A stretch of 64,000 bases of DNA from an uncultured Arcobacter sp. (GCA_965140705.1 OZ223301.1:160001-224000); one strand, 5' to 3'; counted from the first letter of the stretch, positions 1 through 9,827 are shown. Numbers and translations: made by a program. Notes: generated from the letters alone by a model not told the origin.

Positions 1-22
1 TAAAAGAATTGATAGGAATTAA

Positions 23-1261
23 ATGAAAACTTATGATTTGATAGTAATAGGTTCTGGTGCTGCTGGGATGATTGCTGGTATAAAAGCTGCTAGAGCTGGT
101 AAGAGCGTTTTATTACTTGAACAACAAGAAAAACTAGGTCCTAAACTAAAAGCTACGGGTGGTGGGCGTTGTAATCTTACAAATACTCTTGATAATATTG
201 ATTTTATGAACTCTTTTGGTCGTAATGGTCGTTTTATGATGGAGGCTATTAAATCTTTTGATTATAAAGATTTGATGAATTTTTTTAAGGAAATAGGTGT
301 TGAGACTCATATCCCTGATGGGTTTAGGGTTTTCCCTATTACTCATAGTTCTTCAACTATTATAAAAGCTTTAGAAGATGAACTCATTCGTGTGGGTGTG
401 GAAGTTAGATGTAATACAAAGGCTGAGACTTTATTATATGAAGATGAAGCTATTGTTGGTGTTGAAACTTTAGATGAAAAGTTCTTAAGCCCTAATGTTG
501 TTGTGGCAACTGGTGGATTGGGTTATCCAATGCTTGGAGCCAATGGTGATGGTTTTACTTTTGCAAAAAAGTTAGGTCACAAGGTTACTGATTTATATCC
601 AGCAATGTTGCCACTTATTTCAAAAGAGAAATGGGTAGCCTCTTGTAAGGCTGATACTATTGCAAAAGCTGAATTACGAATAGATTTACCAAAGGCAAAA
701 AAATTAAAAGCTGTAGGTGATTTGATTTTTACCTCTAAAGGAATTAGGGGGCCAGTTGTTTTAGATTTTTCAAGGGAGATTACTCCTTATTTGGAAAAAT
801 ATGGAGAAGTTCCCATTTTAATAAATATGATTAGAGGGAAAAATGAAGAAGAGGTTAGGGCACATATAAATAGTGAGATTAAGAGTAGTCCTGATTCAAC
901 TATTTTAGAAAATATCTCTTCACTAGTTCCCCAATCTGTTGCAAATGAACTTTGTATTTTATGTGATGTAAATACAAGTAAAAAGTTTAAAGATATAAAT
1001 GGACAAAATAGAGATAAACTTATAAAGTATCTTGTCTCAACGCCTTTGACTATTACAGATCATGTGGGATTTAAACAGGCCATGATAACACGAGGTGGAG
1101 TAAGTTTAAAAGAAATAAATCCAAAAACTATGCAAAGTAAGATTATAAAAGGTCTTTATTTTTGTGGTGAAGTTGTAGATTTAGATGGACCTTGTGGAGG
1201 TTACAACCTCCAATGGTCTTTTTCAAGCGGGAACTTAGCAGGTCAACTTTTAGAGTTCTGA
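23..1261 (+). CDS. HI0933/YhiN/BaiN-family flavoprotein (NAD(P)/FAD oxidoreductase)
   Basis: N-terminal GSGAAG FAD motif, GGGRCNLTN, ATGG, TRGGV and GE..D.DGPCGGYNLQ family motifs. Confidence 0.9.
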   Translation: MKTYDLIVIGSGAAGMIAGIKAARAGKSVLLLEQQEKLGPKLKATGGGRCNLTNTLDNIDFMNSFGRNGRFMMEAIKSFDYKDLMNFFKEIGVETHIPDGFRVFPITHSSSTIIKALEDELIRVGVEVRCNTKAETLLYEDEAIVGVETLDEKFLSPNVVVATGGLGYPMLGANGDGFTFAKKLGHKVTDLYPAMLPLISKEKWVASCKADTIAKAELRIDLPKAKKLKAVGDLIFTSKGIRGPVVLDFSREITPYLEKYGEVPILINMIRGKNEEEVRAHINSEIKSSPDSTILENISSLVPQSVANELCILCDVNTSKKFKDINGQNRDKLIKYLVSTPLTITDHVGFKQAMITRGGVSLKEINPKTMQSKIIKGLYFCGEVVDLDGPCGGYNLQWSFSSGNLAGQLLEF

Positions 1262-1741
1262 TTTACTAGGTTTTTTTATCCAGATAAATTTTGCATTTTC
1301 TTTAGAAATATCTAACCAAGAGTTTGTATCAAATTCTACTTTTAAGATTTCTGCTGGTTTGATTTTTTCTTTATATATACCTAAGGTTATACCAAGTGCC
1401 GTAATAGCTGGATTATGACCAACTAATAACAAATTATCAACTGTGTCATAAGTATATGATAGTATTTCTATTAACTCATTTACAAAGGCATTATAAATAA
1501 TACCATTATACATTATAGCCTTGTCATATTTTAAAATTTCAGAAACTATTTCAGCTGTTTGTTTTGTTCTCTCTGAAGGACTAGATAATATTAAGTCTAA
1601 TTTTACATCTAATTGATTTAGTTTTTCTCCAATTATTTTTGCTTCATCTATACCTTCTTTAGATAATTTAATATCATAATCATCCTCATTTTCTAAAGAT
1701 ATATCTTTATGTGCATGTCTCATTATATAAAGTGTTTTCAT
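1250..1741 (-). CDS. sixA: SixA-like phosphohistidine phosphatase (histidine phosphatase superfamily)
   Basis: LYIMRHA, SSPSERTKQTA and LLVGHNP motifs; 163 aa. Confidence 0.8.
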   Translation of the reverse strand: MKTLYIMRHAHKDISLENEDDYDIKLSKEGIDEAKIIGEKLNQLDVKLDLILSSPSERTKQTAEIVSEILKYDKAIMYNGIIYNAFVNELIEILSYTYDTVDNLLLVGHNPAITALGITLGIYKEKIKPAEILKVEFDTNSWLDISKENAKFIWIKKPSKSEL

Positions 1742-1879
1742 TTTAATCCAATTATAAATTTGTAAATTATTTTAAGTAAATTTACCTAGAAAGAAAATAA
1801 AATGAGTAATTTATTTTTTAAATTTTTTATTTGAAAAATTGTTATAGAATACGCTTAATAATTTATCAAGGAGAAAAAT

Positions 1880-2734
1880 ATGGAACAAGTAAAGACAATC
1901 TTTTTTCTGACACTACTAACTGTATTATTTGTTTTTATTGGTTTTTCATTTGGAGGAGCAAATGGTGCTTTATTTGCATTTTTAATAGCTGCTGGAATGA
2001 ATTTTTATGCATACTATTACTCTGATAAACAAGTGCTAAATCACTATAATGCAGTTTTGATTGAAGATAGAAGAAATCATATTTATAAAATAGTTGAAAA
2101 TCTTGCATATAAAGCAAATCTTCCTATGCCAAAAGTGTATTTAATAGCTGATAATGTTCCAAATGCTTTTGCAACGGGTAGAAACTATGAAAACTCAGCA
2201 GTTGCTGTTACACAAGGTTTAGTTGATTTGTTAAATGATGAAGAGATAGAGGGAGTTATTGCCCATGAATTATCTCATATAAGGCATTATGATATATTAA
2301 TAGGTACTATTGCTGCAGTATTTGCAGGGGCTATTGCTATGATTGCAAATTTTATGCAGTTTTCATCTATCTTTGGTGGAAATAACAATAGACAAGGTGT
2401 TCATCCCATTGTTATGCTTTTAATGGCTATTGTTTTACCAATAGCAGCATCTATTATACAAATGACAGTAAGTAGAAGTAGGGAGTTTTTAGCAGATGAA
2501 GGCTCAGCAAGACTTACAAATAATCCAGCAGGTCTACAAAGTGCTTTATCAAAACTTGAAGGGTATGCAAAAAGGGGTCAGATGCGAGATGCCACGGAAG
2601 AGACAGCTCACATGTTTATAGTAAATCCATTTTCTGGAAGAGATATAAAACTTGGTAATCTATTTAGAACACACCCTACAACAGAAGATAGGATTGCAAG
2701 ATTGGAAGAGTTAAAATTTGAATTAAAAAAATAA
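1880..2734 (+). CDS. htpX: Zinc metalloprotease HtpX (M48)
   Basis: PNAFATG, HELSH (HExxH), SRSREFLAD and THP motifs; TM segments; AAGGAG RBS. Confidence 0.93.
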   Translation: MEQVKTIFFLTLLTVLFVFIGFSFGGANGALFAFLIAAGMNFYAYYYSDKQVLNHYNAVLIEDRRNHIYKIVENLAYKANLPMPKVYLIADNVPNAFATGRNYENSAVAVTQGLVDLLNDEEIEGVIAHELSHIRHYDILIGTIAAVFAGAIAMIANFMQFSSIFGGNNNRQGVHPIVMLLMAIVLPIAASIIQMTVSRSREFLADEGSARLTNNPAGLQSALSKLEGYAKRGQMRDATEETAHMFIVNPFSGRDIKLGNLFRTHPTTEDRIARLEELKFELKK

Positions 2735-2736
2735 TT

Positions 2737-3327
2737 CTATTGAAAAATTCCTATCATAGAATCTATATCAACACAATCTTGTAAAATAGGATAAACACCT
2801 TTTGCTATAAGTGAAATTTTTAAATCATAATCAATATCTTTGATTAAAAAGTAGTTTACTCCATAATCATGTAAAAGATCAGGGAGTAAATTACATGCTA
2901 TTTCATCTTCATTATTATATACTGGATTTATTATACAACTTTGAGATTTCAGTTTATAATCTTTTATAAAATATATCCAAATGTATTGTGCATTTTCATC
3001 TGCATAGTCTATTTCAGTATTTGAATTAGAACAAACAGCTAAATGGAACTCATTATTTATCTCATGAACTTTAATATTACTTCCAGTTACTAGTGCTAGT
3101 GAGATTTTTTTTCTGGCACTTTTTACAATTCTTGCAAAGGTTGCTCTAGATACATTCATCTTTTTAGCAGCATCTTCTTGATACATACAAAATGAATCCA
3201 TTAAGTGTATAGCTTCTAATTCTTCATGTAATAATACGATATCTTCTTTTGCTTCAATATCTTTTGGACCAAAGTATTTACATACTGGTACAAGTTCTAA
3301 TTTCCGTTTTAATTTGTCTCTTGCCAT
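2737..3327 (-). CDS. DUF134 (UPF0251) HTH DNA-binding protein fused to a NifB/NifX-like C-terminal domain
   Basis: EELEAIHLMD..YQEDAAKKMNVSRATFARIVKSARKKI is the DUF134 signature; C-terminal half has a NifX-like pattern (less certain). Confidence 0.8.
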   Translation of the reverse strand: MARDKLKRKLELVPVCKYFGPKDIEAKEDIVLLHEELEAIHLMDSFCMYQEDAAKKMNVSRATFARIVKSARKKISLALVTGSNIKVHEINNEFHLAVCSNSNTEIDYADENAQYIWIYFIKDYKLKSQSCIINPVYNNEDEIACNLLPDLLHDYGVNYFLIKDIDYDLKISLIAKGVYPILQDCVDIDSMIGIFQ

Positions 3328-3349
3328 TGATTACCTTAATTTATTTAAC

Positions 3350-3358
3350 ATTCTACCA
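3350..3358 (-). promoter_or_regulatory. Extended -10 (TGGTAGAAT) of the DUF134 gene
   Basis: Minus-strand TGgTAGAAT about 22 nt upstream of the ATG, followed by AAGG RBS. Confidence 0.55.
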
Positions 3359-3366
3359 TAATATAC

Positions 3367-3411
3367 TTGACATATGTTCAAAATGCTGTTATAATTCTTG
3401 TCATATGTTCA
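3367..3411 (+). promoter_or_regulatory. Consensus sigma70 promoter overlapped by two 14-bp operator-like repeats
   Basis: TTGACA (3367-3372), 17-nt spacer, TGnTATAAT (-10 at 3390-3395); TTGACATATGTTCA (3367-3380) and TTGTCATATGTTCA (3398-3411) match at 13/14. Confidence 0.8.
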
Positions 3412-3625
3412 TTAACGTTAGAAAGTAAAATTTATCTAAATATTTTTACAGTATTTAAAATCTTTTACTCCTTTGTTATCTATTTGAAATCTAACTTAAA
3501 ACATACATTATTATTCTTATTCTCTTCCCCCCCCCTTCGAGGAATAAGTCTAATAAGCGCCCCTTCATTTTGTAAAAACCATTTTAATAAATATCATAAT
3601 TTTTTTCGGTTTTTACAAAATTTTT
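3402..3625 (+). ncRNA. Candidate structured small RNA with C-rich loop
   Basis: Downstream of a consensus promoter with no credible ORF; hairpin 3508-3556 with a C9 loop; 14-bp inverted repeat 3567-3621 followed by T-run; ends approximate. Confidence 0.55.
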
Positions 3626-3651
3626 CAAATTAAAATCAATAAAAATAAATC

Positions 3652-3678
3652 AAAAAAAAAGCTGGAATAAACCAGCTT
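3652..3678 (-). terminator. Intrinsic terminator downstream of aroC
   Basis: Minus strand AAGCTGG-tttatt-CCAGCTT followed by a U-tract. Confidence 0.75.
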
Positions 3679-3743
3679 CGATCTTTCAACTTAACCAAAG
3701 TAAAGATCACATAAATATTACATAATCTTTCCTTTGATATCTT

Positions 3744-4817
3744 TTAACTATATACTTTTTTTATGTTATTTATAGAACTACTCATGTTTAAAAGTAACAT
3801 ATCTGCGATAACAATTGACATCATAGATTCAGCAACAATTGAACCTCTAACAGCAACACAAGGATCATGTCTTCCTTTTAACTCACATGATACTTCATTA
3901 TTATGAATATCAATACTATCTTGTTTGATAAAAACAGATGGAGTTGCTTTGAAGTATACTTTTACATTGATATCATCACCATTTGATATACCACCTAAGA
4001 TTCCACCTGAGTGATTTGTTTTAAATCCATTTTTGTCTATTTGGTCATTGTTATCATAACCTTTTACTTTACTAGCTTCTATCCCATCACCAATTTCCAC
4101 AGCTTTAACTGCATTGATTCCCATCATAGCAGCTGCAATTTGAGCATCTAATCTATAATATAGTGGTTCACCTAAACCAATTGGAGCATTTTTTACATTT
4201 ACAAGTGCTACTCCACCCACACTATTATGTGAATTCTTAGCAGCCAAAATTGCCTCTTTTTGAAACTCTTCTTTATTTTTATCAAGTGAATATATTGCAG
4301 ATGTTTTTGCATAATCAAAATCAAAATTAGAACCCTCAATACCATCAATTGCATATATTCCACTTCTTATTTCAATACCAACTTCTGCGATAAGAAGTTT
4401 AGCAACAGCTCCTGCTGCTACTCTTGCAGCTGTTTCCCTTGCACTACTTCTTCCACCACCTCTATAATCTCTAAATCCATATTTATGAAAATATGTAAAG
4501 TCTGCATGTCCTGGTCTAAAAATATCTTTTATATTTGTATAATCTTTACTTTTTTGATTTTCATTAAATATAACCATAGCAATAGGTGTTCCTGTTGACA
4601 TACCTTCAAATACACCTGATAGTATTTCTACTTTGTCACCTTCTTTTCTTGCTGTTGCAAATTCATTTTTACCAGGTTTTCTTCTATCCATTTCTGATTG
4701 TATAAATTTTTCATCAATTTTTATTCCAGCTGGAACTCCGTCAACAATACATCCTAATGCATTTCCATGACTTTCTCCAAATGTTGAAAATTTAAACTTC
4801 TGCCCAAAACTATTCAT
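3744..4817 (-). CDS. aroC: Chorismate synthase
   Basis: TFGESHG, RPGHAD, RGGGRSSARETAARVAAGA and GRHDPC motifs. Confidence 0.97.
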   Translation of the reverse strand: MNSFGQKFKFSTFGESHGNALGCIVDGVPAGIKIDEKFIQSEMDRRKPGKNEFATARKEGDKVEILSGVFEGMSTGTPIAMVIFNENQKSKDYTNIKDIFRPGHADFTYFHKYGFRDYRGGGRSSARETAARVAAGAVAKLLIAEVGIEIRSGIYAIDGIEGSNFDFDYAKTSAIYSLDKNKEEFQKEAILAAKNSHNSVGGVALVNVKNAPIGLGEPLYYRLDAQIAAAMMGINAVKAVEIGDGIEASKVKGYDNNDQIDKNGFKTNHSGGILGGISNGDDINVKVYFKATPSVFIKQDSIDIHNNEVSCELKGRHDPCVAVRGSIVAESMMSIVIADMLLLNMSSSINNIKKVYS

Positions 4818-4824
4818 TATTTTA

Positions 4825-5496
4825 TTAACCTTTTAATTTATCTAAAGCAATTTTAGCAACAGCTTGTTGTGCTAATTTTTTGCTTTTCCCTACGGCTTGT
4901 CCATAACATTGATTATTTATCCAAATTGATACTTCAAACTCTTTTTTATGATCTGGTCCATAAGAACCTTCAATTTTATACTCTGGAATAGAACCAAATT
5001 CAGCTTGTGTTATCTCTTGGAGAGCTGTTTTATAATCGCTAAATAATACATCTAAATTTATCTTATCATATGATTTTTCCAATAAATTTAGAATTATAGG
5101 TTTAAGAGTTTCTAAACCTGATTCTAAATAAATAGCACCCATTATTGACTCAAAGGCATCAGATAAGATTGAAGCTTTTGTTCTTCCTTTATTTCTCTCT
5201 TCCGCGATTGATAAATAGATATAATCACCAAGTTTTATCTCATTTGCCAACTTAGTAAAACCAGTTTCATTTACCAATGATGCTCTTATTTTAGATAAGT
5301 CACCTTCATTTGATTGGGGAAACTTTTTATATAAATATTCTCCGACAATTAAGTTTAAAACTGCATCACCTAAAAATTCTAGTCGTTCATTATTATATGG
5401 CTTTTTAAAACTTTTATGGGTAAGTGCTTCGACTATCAGATCTTTATTTTTAAACTGATAATCCAGGCACTTTTCTAAATTTGCATAATCACTCAT
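4825..5496 (-). CDS. rnc: Ribonuclease III
   Basis: [12 protein letters not shown] signature plus dsRBD (DYKTALQE...G.SKK.AQQ). Confidence 0.97.
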   Translation of the reverse strand: MSDYANLEKCLDYQFKNKDLIVEALTHKSFKKPYNNERLEFLGDAVLNLIVGEYLYKKFPQSNEGDLSKIRASLVNETGFTKLANEIKLGDYIYLSIAEERNKGRTKASILSDAFESIMGAIYLESGLETLKPIILNLLEKSYDKINLDVLFSDYKTALQEITQAEFGSIPEYKIEGSYGPDHKKEFEVSIWINNQCYGQAVGKSKKLAQQAVAKIALDKLKG

Positions 5497-5935
5497 TTTT
5501 ATCCTTTATATTTTGTGCAAAATCTTTTGCAAGTATATCACATCTTTCATTTTCTTCATGTCCTGCATGACCTTTTACCCATGAAGCTACAATTTTGTGA
5601 CTTTTTGATACTTCTACATACTCTTTCCATAAATCATCATTTTTTACAGGTTTTTTAGTTGATGATTTCCAATTATTTTTAATCCACGAACTTAACCATT
5701 CATTTATTCCTTTTACTACATAAGTTGAATCAGAGATGATATGTACATCACAAGGCTCTTTTAAAGCCTTTAAGCCTTCAATAACACCTTTTAATTCCAT
5801 TCTATTATTTGTAGTGTTATCTTCTCCACCACTTAACTCTTTTTGTTTCCCATTAAACTCTAAAATTGTCCCATATCCACCAGGACCTGGATTTCCTAAA
5901 GACGAGCCATCACTGTAAAGATTGATTTTTTTCAC
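5489..5935 (-). CDS. rnhA: Ribonuclease HI
   Basis: [20 protein letters not shown] and WVKGHAG..NERCD motifs. Confidence 0.97.
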   Translation of the reverse strand: MKKINLYSDGSSLGNPGPGGYGTILEFNGKQKELSGGEDNTTNNRMELKGVIEGLKALKEPCDVHIISDSTYVVKGINEWLSSWIKNNWKSSTKKPVKNDDLWKEYVEVSKSHKIVASWVKGHAGHEENERCDILAKDFAQNIKDKNE

Positions 5936-6959
5936 TTGTTCCCTTGTTGATTAAACTATGTTTTACTTTGAAGGTTAAAGTATTGTGACAATGTGGACAT
6001 CTTGTAGAATATATAGGAAGAGTTTTTTTACATGCTGTACATAAAAAGTCAAAATTTAAATCAGCATTTATATCAGCATTATTTCTTTTAATTAACATCA
6101 AAATTTGAAAACTAAAATCTTCACTACTTTCTAAGTTATTTAGATAACCTTTTGCATTATATAACTCTTTTAAGACTTCATTACTATCAACTTTATCAAA
6201 ATCTATATCATTGAAATCTAAATACCAAAGTAAATCGATAATTTTTGTTAAATCGAATTTATCTATATTTTCCCAAAAAAACTCTTTATTAAACTGTAAT
6301 AAGTACTCTAAAAACATTCTTTCAATGATTTTATTAAATTTAAAAAAGTTATAAAGTTTTTCAGTCTTTTTATCAAATGAGATAATAGGATCATTAAGTG
6401 TGATTAGTGTTTCTATATAAATTCTATCTCTTACTGTATCTACATCTATCTCTTCTAGAGAATTTAAAACATCAATAGCTTTATCATATTCTTTTAATCT
6501 TTCATTGATTAGGAGTAAATATTTAAGTGCTTCATTATTTCTTGGAGAAAATTTTAATATTTTTAAAAATATCTCCCTTGACCTTTGTAAAAAACCACCT
6601 TTAAAGTATGTAGCACCCAAAAGCTCTAAGAGTTCTTCTTTTTTAACTCTATCTTTTACATGCTCTAAAAGTGCCAAATAAACACTTATAGCTTTAGTGT
6701 AATCACCTTTATGCAAAAAAGTAGAGGCTAAAAGTAAAATAGAATCAAAAGGTAAATTATAAGTTTTATATAGGTGTACATAATCCTCTTCTTTTAGTTT
6801 TCCTAATTCAAAACGTTTAAGAAGTTTTCGGTACTCTTTTCTGGCAAGTTTTTCTTTATAAACGCCAAAAGTATAAGTTAAAAAAGAAATTACGAATATA
6901 AGTAATAGAAGTACTAAAATTCCAAAAAGTGGATCTCTATACTCAAATGCTGACTGCAA
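5910..6959 (-). CDS. Membrane-anchored TPR protein with C-terminal rubredoxin-like Zn site (LapB/YciM-like)
   Basis: N-terminal TM, TPR-like helices, CTAC...CPHC at the C-terminus; TTG start uncertain. Confidence 0.7.
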   Translation of the reverse strand: MQSAFEYRDPLFGILVLLLLIFVISFLTYTFGVYKEKLARKEYRKLLKRFELGKLKEEDYVHLYKTYNLPFDSILLLASTFLHKGDYTKAISVYLALLEHVKDRVKKEELLELLGATYFKGGFLQRSREIFLKILKFSPRNNEALKYLLLINERLKEYDKAIDVLNSLEEIDVDTVRDRIYIETLITLNDPIISFDKKTEKLYNFFKFNKIIERMFLEYLLQFNKEFFWENIDKFDLTKIIDLLWYLDFNDIDFDKVDSNEVLKELYNAKGYLNNLESSEDFSFQILMLIKRNNADINADLNFDFLCTACKKTLPIYSTRCPHCHNTLTFKVKHSLINKGTSEKNQSLQ

Positions 6960-7060
6960 TTATAAAACCTTGTTTTTATTTTGAGATTAATATTAGCATA
7001 ATTGAACATATAAAAATCTAAATTGTTAAATCAAAGAGATTAAATTGTATAATCTTTTTT

Positions 7061-8698
7061 ATGATAAACAAAGATTCTATAGAAAATTTAAAAAATAATA
7101 TTGACATAGTTGATACAATCTCACAATTCCTACAGTTAAAAAAATCAGGTGCCAATTTTAAGGCTTGTTGTCCCTTTCATGGAGAGAGTACTCCCTCTTT
7201 TGTAGTTAGCCCTGCAAAACAGATATATCACTGTTTTGGTTGTGGAGCTGGAGGTGATTCTATTAAGTTTATAATGGAGTATGAAAAACTTTCATATCCA
7301 GAAGCTATTGAAAAATTAGCTAGCATGAATAATTTTACTTTAGTTTACGATGATACTAATCAAAAAAAACAAGATACAAAAGTAATTGAAGAGATTAATA
7401 AATACTATAAGAAAAATTTTGTAACTAATGATGTTGCAAAAGAGTATATAAAAAGTAGGGGTATTTATGAATCTTCAATAGAAAAGTTTGAAATAGGTTA
7501 TGCCCCAAGTTCTGGAGAGACTATAAATTATCTAAAATCAAATTTTTTAAATCTAAATGATGCAAAAGAACTAGGTATTATTGATACAGGAGCAAATGGT
7601 TTATATGCTAGATTTATAGAAAGAATCACTTTCCCTATTTATTCATTAAATGGTGGCTTAGTTGGTTTTGGTGGTAGAACAATCACTGGGCATAATGCAA
7701 AATATATAAATTCACCTCAAACTAAAATCTTCAATAAATCAAGACTTCTATATGGCTATAATTTATCAAAAGAGAAAATCTATAAGAAAAAAGAGATAAT
7801 AATTACAGAAGGTTATTTAGATGTAATAATGTTACATCAAGCTGGCTTTGATAATGCAGTTGCAACATTAGGAACTGCACTTACAAAAGATCATTTACCC
7901 ATACTAAAAAGAGGAGAACCAAGGGTTATTGTGGCATATGATGGGGATAATGCGGGATTAAATGCTGCCTTTAAAGCTTCTCAACTTATGGCTCACAATG
8001 ATTTTGAGGGTGGAGTTATTATTTTTGAAAAAGGCTTTGACCCAGCAGATATGGTAAAAGATGGAAAAATAGAAGAGTTAAATAAAATATTTTCTAAGCC
8101 AAAACCTTTTATTCCTTTTACAATTGATCATATAATTTCACAATTTGATTTAAGTGATCCACAAAATAAACAAAAAGCATTACATGAAGTAAATGAGTTT
8201 TTAAATACTTTAAATGCTATTTACCATGATGAATATTCAAGATATATTGCGCAAAAATTAAATATAAGAGAAAATTTAATAAAAATAACTAAGAGCACAA
8301 CAAATAGAAATAATAATGTACAATTATCAAAGGTAGATATTGGTGAACTTTGTATTATAAAAGCAATTCTAAATGATAAAAAAAGATTATCAAGTGTATT
8401 AGATATAATTGATGCTTCTATGTTTGAGTGCCATAAAAATGAGTTTGAAATATTATTAGCAAATATAGACGATGAAAGGTTAAATTCAATACTTTTGAAT
8501 GAGAGATTAGAAGATTATGATGATGAAAGACTAAATGCAGAACTATTAATTTTATTAGGAAAATTTTATTCAAATAAATTAAATGAAGTTTTATATGATA
8601 AAAACTATACTTTCAATGAAAAAAGTTCTTTAATTAGAAAAATAAGAGATAATATTTCAATGTTAAAAAAAGGTAAATTAATAACTTATAATTTATAA
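7061..8698 (+). CDS. dnaG: DNA primase
   Basis: CPFH...HCFGC zinc ribbon, KYINSP, EGYLDV and YDGD TOPRIM motifs. Confidence 0.97.
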   Translation: MINKDSIENLKNNIDIVDTISQFLQLKKSGANFKACCPFHGESTPSFVVSPAKQIYHCFGCGAGGDSIKFIMEYEKLSYPEAIEKLASMNNFTLVYDDTNQKKQDTKVIEEINKYYKKNFVTNDVAKEYIKSRGIYESSIEKFEIGYAPSSGETINYLKSNFLNLNDAKELGIIDTGANGLYARFIERITFPIYSLNGGLVGFGGRTITGHNAKYINSPQTKIFNKSRLLYGYNLSKEKIYKKKEIIITEGYLDVIMLHQAGFDNAVATLGTALTKDHLPILKRGEPRVIVAYDGDNAGLNAAFKASQLMAHNDFEGGVIIFEKGFDPADMVKDGKIEELNKIFSKPKPFIPFTIDHIISQFDLSDPQNKQKALHEVNEFLNTLNAIYHDEYSRYIAQKLNIRENLIKITKSTTNRNNNVQLSKVDIGELCIIKAILNDKKRLSSVLDIIDASMFECHKNEFEILLANIDDERLNSILLNERLEDYDDERLNAELLILLGKFYSNKLNEVLYDKNYTFNEKSSLIRKIRDNISMLKKGKLITYNL

Positions 8699-8754
8699 AT
8701 TAATAGTCATAAAACTTTTTTTAAAGTAAAATTACAAAAATTTAAGGAAATATA

Positions 8755-9144
8755 ATGGAAATAATTAAAACAGAAAGTGCACCAGCTGCAATAGGACCTT
8801 ATTCTCAAGCAGTTAAATATAATGGATTAGTTTATACTTCTGGTCAAATTGCTCTTACTCCAGAAGGTGAGTTAGTTGAGAGAGATATAAAAAAACAAAC
8901 ACATCAAGTTTTAACAAATTTGCAAAATGTATTGGCAGAAGCAAATAGTTCTTTAGAAAAAGTTTTAAAAGTTACAATTTATTTAGAAAATATGGAAGAT
9001 TTTGGTATTGTAAATGTCATTTATGGGGAATATTTTGGTGATCATAAGCCAGCAAGAAGTACAGTTGCTGTAAAAACTTTACCAAAAAATGTTTTAGTTG
9101 AAATGGATACAATTGCTATTTGTGATGATCTAATTAACCTATAA
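8755..9144 (+). CDS. ridA: RidA/YjgF family enamine/imine deaminase
   Basis: APAAIGPYSQA, SGQI and PARSTV...LP...VE motifs. Confidence 0.9.
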   Translation: MEIIKTESAPAAIGPYSQAVKYNGLVYTSGQIALTPEGELVERDIKKQTHQVLTNLQNVLAEANSSLEKVLKVTIYLENMEDFGIVNVIYGEYFGDHKPARSTVAVKTLPKNVLVEMDTIAICDDLINL

Positions 9145-9243
9145 TGATTTTTCGCTTAAAGTTAATTTAAACTAACATTTGGTAACATTCCGTCCCGTTA
9201 AATAAGAAAGTTACTAAAGAATTGATAAGTTAGAGGAAAAGAT

Positions 9244-9561
9244 ATGTATGCAATTATAAAGTGTGGTGGTAAGCAGTATAAGGTTTCAGAAGGCGATATA
9301 ATCGATATCGACTATACTGGAAAAGCTGCAAAAGAAGCTCTAGAAATTACTGATGTATTAGCAGTAAATGATGGAGAATTAAAATGTGGTGATGCTATCT
9401 CAACTGCTAAAGTAGAAGCAGAAGTAGTATTAGACGGTACTGGTGCAAATAGAGACAGAAAAGTTCTTATTTACAAAAAAAGAAGAAGAAAAGATTCTAA
9501 ATTGAAAAAAGGTTTCAGAAGAAGCTTTACAAAAATTAGAATTACTAAAATAGCTGCATAA
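9244..9561 (+). CDS. rplU: 50S ribosomal protein L21
   Basis: MYAII..GGKQYKV; adjacent to rpmA. Confidence 0.97.
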   Translation: MYAIIKCGGKQYKVSEGDIIDIDYTGKAAKEALEITDVLAVNDGELKCGDAISTAKVEAEVVLDGTGANRDRKVLIYKKRRRKDSKLKKGFRRSFTKIRITKIAA

Positions 9562-9572
9562 GGAGATAGACT

Positions 9573-9827
9573 ATGGCTCATAAAAAGGGACAAGGTAGTA
9601 CACAGAATAATAGAGACTCAGCTGGTAGAAGACTTGGAGTTAAAAAATATGGTGGGGAAGCTGTAAAAGCTGGAAATATCATAATCAGACAAAGAGGTAC
9701 TAAAATTCATGTTGGTAACAATGTTGGTATTGGTAAAGACCACACAATTTTTGCTTTAATTGACGGAGTTGTAAAATTCGAAGTTAAAGATAAAGATAGA
9801 AAAAAAGTTTCAGTTTACGCTTCGTAA
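9573..9827 (+). CDS. rpmA: 50S ribosomal protein L27
   Basis: [24 protein letters not shown]. Confidence 0.98.
   Translation: MAHKKGQGSTQNNRDSAGRRLGVKKYGGEAVKAGNIIIRQRGTKIHVGNNVGIGKDHTIFALIDGVVKFEVKDKDRKKVSVYAS

Noticed and set aside
3367..3633. 88-aa ORF on the + strand
   Set aside because: Its TTG start is the -35 box itself, it has no RBS and no protein-like features; the region is better explained as promoter plus structured RNA.
9190..9243. Possible ribosomal-protein leader RNA upstream of rplU
   Set aside because: Short leader with no convincing hairpin seen.
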